64,000 nt of DNA from Rikenellaceae bacterium. Its GTDB lineage: Bacteria > Bacteroidota > Bacteroidia > Bacteroidales > Rikenellaceae. The notes under the pieces were generated by a model that made no database searches, had not been told where the DNA came from, and saw nothing but the letters and a program-made list of their open reading frames with translations. Location of the stretch: positions 13,445 to 77,444 of the forward strand of contig JAFRZW010000004.1 in assembly GCA_017442365.1 (NCBI GenBank), written 5' to 3'. A program made the position numbers and the translations under genes. Positions within the stretch are counted from its first letter, which is position 1, and the number at the start of each line of letters is the position of its first letter. Positions 59,481 to 64,000 of this stretch are shown here, in pieces.

Positions 59481-61145
59481 ATGGAATGGATTTCATCGCT
59501 GTTTTTCGGTAGCAGCATCGCCCATACTGTATTCACGCTCGCAATAACAATCGCGATCGGTATTGCATTGGGCAAAATCAAAATCGCCGGAATCTCGCTC
59601 GGTATTACGTGGATTCTCTTTGTGGGTATTGCGCTGAGCAGTTTCGGAATGCAGATCGACCCGACGATCATCGCTTTTGTCAAGGAGTTTGGTCTGATTC
59701 TGTTTGTCTATTCGGTCGGTATGCAGGTTGGACCGAGCTTTTTCTCATCGTTCAAACAGGGAGGTATGCGTCTGGTCGGTATCGCAACGGCAATTGTGCT
59801 GGGTGGCGTACTGACGGCCTACATCATACATTTGGTAACGGGTACGCCGATTCCCACGATGGTCGGTGTGCTGTCGGGTGCCGTAACAAATACACCGGGT
59901 TTGGGTGCAGCTCAGCAGGCCTATGCCGATTCGACCGGCTTGACCGATCCGACAATCGCAATGGGTTATGCGGTAGCCTATCCGTTGGGTGTCGTTGGTA
60001 TCATTATTTCGATTGTACTGTTGCGTGCCATTTTCCGCATCAAGCTCGACAAGGAGAAGGAGGCACTTGAAAGTTCAAATGAGTCGAAATACGCTGCGAA
60101 AATTTCGATCGAGCTGACCAATACCAATCTGTTCGGACGCTCGGTGCAGGAGACTCGCGGACTGATCAATCGCTCGTTTGTGGTGTCGCGTATCTGCCGA
60201 GCAAACGGCACTATCGAGATCGCTAATGCCAATACGGTGTTGGCTGAGAATGACAAGATGTTGATTATCTGCGCAAGCGAAGATGTCGAGGCAATTGAGA
60301 TGATGCTCGGTCATCAGATCAATATGCAGCACTCCGATTGGCTCAACCTCGACCAGCAGTTTATCTCGCGCCGAATTATCATCACCCAGCCCCATATCAA
60401 TGGCAAGACCATTGGTGAACTGCGTCTGCGTAGTAGTTATGCGGTGAATGTTACACGTGTCAATCGTTCGGGTGTCGATCTGATTCCCGAGCATAACCTC
60501 GAATTGCAGATTGGCGACCGCTTGACCGTTGTGGGATCGGAGATGGCTATCGACGCAGTGGCCAAGGCGCTCGGTAACTCGATGCGTCGTCTGCGCGAGC
60601 CCAATCTGATTTCGATCTTCCTCGGTATTTTTCTCGGTGTGCTGGTCGGCTCGATTCCGATCGCTATCCCCGGTATGCCTCAGGCCGTTAAACTCGGTCT
60701 GGCAGGTGGCCCGCTGATTGTGGCAATTTTGATCAGCCGCTTCGGTGCACACTACCATTTGGTTACATATACCACGATGAGTGCCAACCTGATGTTGCGC
60801 GAGGTGGGTATTTCGCTCTTCTTGGCGGCTGTCGGAATCAGCGCAGGTGAGGGATTCATCGATACGGTTGTAAATCAAGGTGGATATATGTGGGTGCTTT
60901 ACGGTATCATTATTACGATGTTGCCCATTCTGCTGGTGGGTATTTTTGCTCGCAAGGTGTTCAAGTTGAACTATTTTACGCTGATGGGTGTCGTAGCCGG
61001 TAGTATGACCAACCCGCCCGCATTGGCCTACTCAAATGCAACGGCAGGCAATGACGTGCCCGCAGTGAGCTACGCAACGGTCTATCCGTTTATGATGTTC
61101 TTGCGAGTGCTCACAGCTCAGCTATTTGTCCTCTTTGGATTGTAG
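59481..61145 (+). CDS. AspT/YidE/YbjL family transporter with two TrkA-C domains
   Basis: EFGLILFVYSVG, GAVTNTPGLGAA, YAVAYPLG, GLAGGPL and GSMTNPPAL motifs. Confidence 0.92.
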   Translation: MEWISSLFFGSSIAHTVFTLAITIAIGIALGKIKIAGISLGITWILFVGIALSSFGMQIDPTIIAFVKEFGLILFVYSVGMQVGPSFFSSFKQGGMRLVGIATAIVLGGVLTAYIIHLVTGTPIPTMVGVLSGAVTNTPGLGAAQQAYADSTGLTDPTIAMGYAVAYPLGVVGIIISIVLLRAIFRIKLDKEKEALESSNESKYAAKISIELTNTNLFGRSVQETRGLINRSFVVSRICRANGTIEIANANTVLAENDKMLIICASEDVEAIEMMLGHQINMQHSDWLNLDQQFISRRIIITQPHINGKTIGELRLRSSYAVNVTRVNRSGVDLIPEHNLELQIGDRLTVVGSEMAIDAVAKALGNSMRRLREPNLISIFLGIFLGVLVGSIPIAIPGMPQAVKLGLAGGPLIVAILISRFGAHYHLVTYTTMSANLMLREVGISLFLAAVGISAGEGFIDTVVNQGGYMWVLYGIIITMLPILLVGIFARKVFKLNYFTLMGVVAGSMTNPPALAYSNATAGNDVPAVSYATVYPFMMFLRVLTAQLFVLFGL

Positions 61146-61168
61146 CTCAGTCGAGGCGGAAACGAAAA

Positions 61169-61207
61169 AGCGGGAATCCAACGAAGGGACTCCCGCTAGT
61201 GTTTTTT
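61169..61207. terminator. Terminator between the YidE-family transporter and the ATPase
   Basis: AGCGGGAATCC / GGACTCCCGCT followed by a T-rich tail. Confidence 0.7.
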
Positions 61208-61218
61208 GTCTATTTCGG

Positions 61219-61953
61219 TTACTCCTCAGGAGCGATATTGACCTCCTTGATATGACCGCCCGAGAAGAGGATCGCACGTGATGGATAGTCCTCCAAAATA
61301 TTGGTGTTGTGCGTTGACATTACCACCGAGCAACCACTCTCGACAATCTTGCGGAATAGCTCCATAATACCTTCGGCCGAAACGGGGTCGAGATTGCCCG
61401 TTGGCTCGTCCGCCAACACCACTTCGGGATTATTGAGCAGCGCGCGGGCAATAACCAATCGCTGTTGCTCACCTCCCGACAATTCGAAGGGCATTTTATG
61501 CAGTTTGTTCTCCAAGCCGACCAATTTCATTACCTCGTCGGCACGACGACGCATATCGGTCTCGTTTTTCCAACCCGTGGCCTTCATTACGAAGTAGAGA
61601 TTCTGGAAAACGTTGCGATCGTTCAATAGCTGATAATCCTGGAAAACGATACCGATCTTGCGACGCAGGTGCGGAATATCCTTGCGGCGCAACTTGCGCA
61701 GATCGAAACCTGCCACACTACCCTCACCCGTCAAGAGCGACACCTCGGCATATAGCGTCTTCAAAAGTGTTGATTTGCCGCTACCTACGCGACCAATCAG
61801 ATAGACTAACTCGCCACGACCGATCTCCAAATTTACGTCAGCCAGAACCAACTCGCCAGCCTTCACGGCGCGCTCCTCAGCCTTCGGTCCAAAGCCTCGA
61901 TCGGCGTGATATATCGACACTCCACGGAGTGAGATTACACTATTCTGTTCCAT
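61219..61953 (-). CDS. ftsE: FtsE-like ABC ATPase
   Basis: GRVGSGKST, RRKIGIVFQDYQLL.DRNV, LSGGEQQR and ADEPTGNLD motifs. FtsX is not adjacent. Confidence 0.75.
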   Translation of the reverse strand: MEQNSVISLRGVSIYHADRGFGPKAEERAVKAGELVLADVNLEIGRGELVYLIGRVGSGKSTLLKTLYAEVSLLTGEGSVAGFDLRKLRRKDIPHLRRKIGIVFQDYQLLNDRNVFQNLYFVMKATGWKNETDMRRRADEVMKLVGLENKLHKMPFELSGGEQQRLVIARALLNNPEVVLADEPTGNLDPVSAEGIMELFRKIVESGCSVVMSTHNTNILEDYPSRAILFSGGHIKEVNIAPEE

Positions 61954-62026
61954 TCGTCGAAAGTAAAAGTTTAGAACAAAGATAGTGTTTTTGTGCGGAT
62001 TTCGCAATTTTTCAAAGAAAATGCAC

Positions 62027-62034
62027 TATCTTTG
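62027..62034 (+). promoter_or_regulatory. -7 box (TATCTTTG) for ssrA
   Basis: Consensus box 40 bp upstream of the mature 5' end. Confidence 0.6.
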
Positions 62035-62074
62035 TGGCGTTATTACACCAGTTTGACTCAGCAGATGCAGATTC

Positions 62075-62475
62075 GGGGGTGCCCGGTTTTGACAGCAGGT
62101 AGAGTCTGATTGTAAGCACGTCGAGCATTGTGTGGTGGCTCGTAAATATCAACGCTCAAAAATTAACTGGCAATAACAGCTACGCACTCGCTGCTTAATT
62201 TTCGAGGAAAATTAGCTTAATCGACGGCTCCAAGGCGGGCTGACGACGAGTATCCCGAACGGTGGTTCCGCTCTTTAATCATCGCTCATATGGGGTATCA
62301 TTCATTTAGAGATAGTCGCGAGGAGGGCTTCGGCCGAGTGGCGAAATTTTAGAAGCTGGGGCTTGTGTTCGGTTGTTGCCTGCCAGACATAAGCAGAAGG
62401 ATCAAACGGTAACTAAACGTGTAGAAAGCCTTCGGGTTCCTTGTTTGGACGCGGGTTCGACTCCCGCCACCTCCA
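62075..62475 (+). ncRNA. ssrA: tmRNA, tag (A)GNNSYALAA at 62169-62198, CCA not encoded
   Basis: 5' GGGGGTG..GGTTTTGACAG pairs with 3' CACCTCC-A, giving a G3:U wobble; T arm GCGGG-TTCGACT-CCCGC; tag ends YALAA*. Confidence 0.96.
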
Positions 62476-62644
62476 CGATGTGAGGAAAAATTAACAGCGT
62501 TCGATTAGCTTCGGGCGCTGTTGTTTTTGTTATCTCGGCGTGTTTCCCCGCACCGCCTTCGGCGACTACGGCACGCCATCGATGAGCTCGCCCGCCAAAG
62601 GCGACCTCGGTTCGACTCCCGCCACCTCCACGATGTGAGGAAAA
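62454..62644 (+). repeat. Exact 36-bp direct repeat of the ssrA 3' end (62454-62489 and 62609-62644) with a 119-bp spacer
   Basis: GGTTCGACTCCCGCCACCTCCACGATGTGAGGAAAA occurs twice. Confidence 0.95.
62493..62531 (+). terminator. First ssrA terminator (inside the duplication)
   Basis: AACAGCGTTCGA / TCGGGCGCTGTT followed by GTTTTTGTT. Confidence 0.75.
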
Positions 62645-62645
62645 T

Positions 62646-62677
62646 AAAAACGCTCGGTATGTGCCGAGCGTTTTTTT
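62646..62677. terminator. Second terminator after the duplicated ssrA end
   Basis: AAAAACGCTCGGTA / TGCCGAGCGTTTTT followed by TT. Confidence 0.85.
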
Positions 62678-62678
62678 A

Positions 62679-62706
62679 ATTCAAAATTCAAGATTCAAGA
62701 TTCAAG
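62679..62706. repeat. Heptamer microsatellite ATTCAAA-(ATTCAAG)3
   Basis: Read directly from the sequence. Confidence 0.85.
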
Positions 62707-62724
62707 ATTATCTTGTCTTTTGAT

Positions 62725-63231
62725 TTAGAAATAGTAGCGGAACGATACCGATGTATTCATCATCATATCGACCGAGAACGAGAATTCGTCCGAAAGGAAT
62801 ATACCGCTCATCGAGAACAGATTGACATTCATACCGAAGTGCGGTGTCGGGCGGAACTCGAATGCCGCCAAATCCAAACCCAGACCTGCGCCAGCGGTAT
62901 CTGCACCTCCAACATTAACGTATGCGCCAACAACGCTAACACCAGGTGTATAATAGAATTTATCAGCCAAGCGAGCATAGTAAGAGAGTTTGGGACCTAC
63001 GGTAACAACGTGAATTTCACCGCCAACCAAATTGTAGGCCAACGAGCCACTCAGCGCCAAACGATTGGCAACAAAGCCACCACCCTCGACTGCCAAACCA
63101 AAACTTGCAGATTGATCTGTACCTGCCGAGAAACCGATTGCACCACCGATAAACGCGTCGCCCTTCTGCTGAGCCATAGCCGTCGTGCTCAAACCAAACA
63201 CAACAGCCAAAATGAGTAAAAATTTCTTCAT
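62725..63231 (-). CDS. Small outer-membrane beta-barrel (porin-family/OmpA-like barrel)
   Basis: Signal peptide, alternating beta-strand pattern, C-terminal FRYYF. Confidence 0.8.
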   Translation of the reverse strand: MKKFLLILAVVFGLSTTAMAQQKGDAFIGGAIGFSAGTDQSASFGLAVEGGGFVANRLALSGSLAYNLVGGEIHVVTVGPKLSYYARLADKFYYTPGVSVVGAYVNVGGADTAGAGLGLDLAAFEFRPTPHFGMNVNLFSMSGIFLSDEFSFSVDMMMNTSVSFRYYF

Positions 63232-63511
63232 AATAATTCAATATTTAAGTTTTACAATTAAGTTTTTTGCAAATGCCATATTCATATCGTTGTACTCTGC
63301 CGATTCTAACTAATTATAAGGTTTAATAGAAAGGTCGTAAATTCCCCCCCCCTCAGCAAGTTACAAAAATTATTTGGTTATAAACGCCTGTATTGCAAAT
63401 GTTTTCACTCGCAAATATATGCAAAATTACGGAATAAAACAACGGTCAACATCGCTTTAAGACTATTTGTCGCACCATATTTGCTTAATCGTCCCAATAA
63501 TCACTATAAAA

Positions 63512-64000
63512 ATGGATTGGGATTTGATTTTGCGATTAACGGTGGCTTGCGTGTTAGCCACTATTGTCGGCTACGACCGCGAATATCGAGCAAAAGATGC
63601 GGGGTTGAAAACCCATTTTCTCGTTGCATTGGGCAGTGCACTTTTTATGATCATTTCTCGCTACGGATTCGGTGATTCGACTCAGGTCGATTTCAGTCGT
63701 GTGGCGGCGCAGGTGGTTAGCGGTATCGGTTTCATCGGAGCGGGAACGATCATCTTCCAAAAGCAGGTTGTGCGCGGATTGACAACAGCGGCAAGTCTAT
63801 GGGCAACATCGGGTATCGGAATGGCGGCAGGTGCTGGTCTATATGCCATTGCTGCGGCTGCCACCCTCTTGACGATGATCGGATTAGAGGCATTTGGATA
63901 CATATTCAAAAAGTTCGGAGCGCGACGAATCTACATCTCTATACTTGTCAATGACAAGCCGACAGCTCAATCGGTCTATTTTGAGCTGAAAAAGGTCGGA
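63512..64000 (+). CDS. MgtC/SapB family protein (partial; runs off the window)
   Basis: Hand translation: MDWDLILRL...GYDREYRAKDAGLKTHFLVALGS...RVAAQVVSGIGFIGAG...RGLTTAASLW. Confidence 0.92.
   Translation, partial: MDWDLILRLTVACVLATIVGYDREYRAKDAGLKTHFLVALGSALFMIISRYGFGDSTQVDFSRVAAQVVSGIGFIGAGTIIFQKQVVRGLTTAASLWATSGIGMAAGAGLYAIAAAATLLTMIGLEAFGYIFKKFGARRIYISILVNDKPTAQSVYFELKKVG

Noticed and set aside
61141-61160. TAGCTCAGTCG resembling a tRNA D-arm start
   Set aside because: It is the transporter stop codon plus a few bases; there is no anticodon arm, T arm or acceptor stem.
62609-62633. Second tRNA or tmRNA gene at the duplicated 3' end
   Set aside because: The T stem is broken and there is no complementary acceptor 5' strand; treated as a repeat.
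63262-63283. Sigma-54-like TGGCA...TTGC upstream of the OMP gene (minus strand)
   Set aside because: The GG-to-GC spacing is far too short for a -24/-12 promoter.
1-64000. CRISPR array, rRNA, retron or DGR reverse transcriptase, prophage, toxin-antitoxin or defence genes, known riboswitches
   Set aside because: No regularly spaced repeats, RT (YxDD) motifs, phage genes or riboswitch consensus were recognised by eye; an Rfam or HMM scan would be needed to exclude them fully.

Overview
This window is core chromosome of a Bacteroidota bacterium, most likely Rikenellaceae (Alistipes-like). That assignment rests on about 50% GC, TAnnTTTG -7 promoter boxes before most transcription units, a Bacteroidota-type tmRNA tag and the gene content. 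It holds about 58 protein genes, mostly housekeeping (fmt, mtaB, aroA, lptB, recQ, rsmA, miaA, rho, guaB, rex, dnaN, glmM, glyA, fabG, mtgA, feoAB, an RND pump), plus tRNA-Leu(TAA), tRNA-Gly(CCC) and tmRNA. Two real small genes fall below the ORF-track cutoff (an Hc1-like histone and a FeoB-associated Cys-rich peptide), and the two edge genes (NhaC-like, MgtC-like) are partial. I saw no integrase, transposase, reverse transcriptase, CRISPR array or rRNA. I cannot claim a complete new system. The best leads are: (1) an exact 36-bp duplication of the tmRNA 3' end bracketing a 119-bp structured spacer, with two terminators; (2) an AT-rich gtrA-gtrB-GT-C glycosylation cassette whose promoter is built by a perfect 20-bp tandem duplication; (3) a kinase-less four-helix-bundle/HAMP-like sensor co-transcribed with trkH; (4) a YtfJ-like/POTRA-less Omp85/pEtN-transferase operon; (5) a RibF lacking its kinase domain and a C1 peptidase with Asp in place of the catalytic Asn; (6) roughly 4-fold over-representation of CGATCG by manual count. 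Family assignments come from motif recognition and recall, not database searches.
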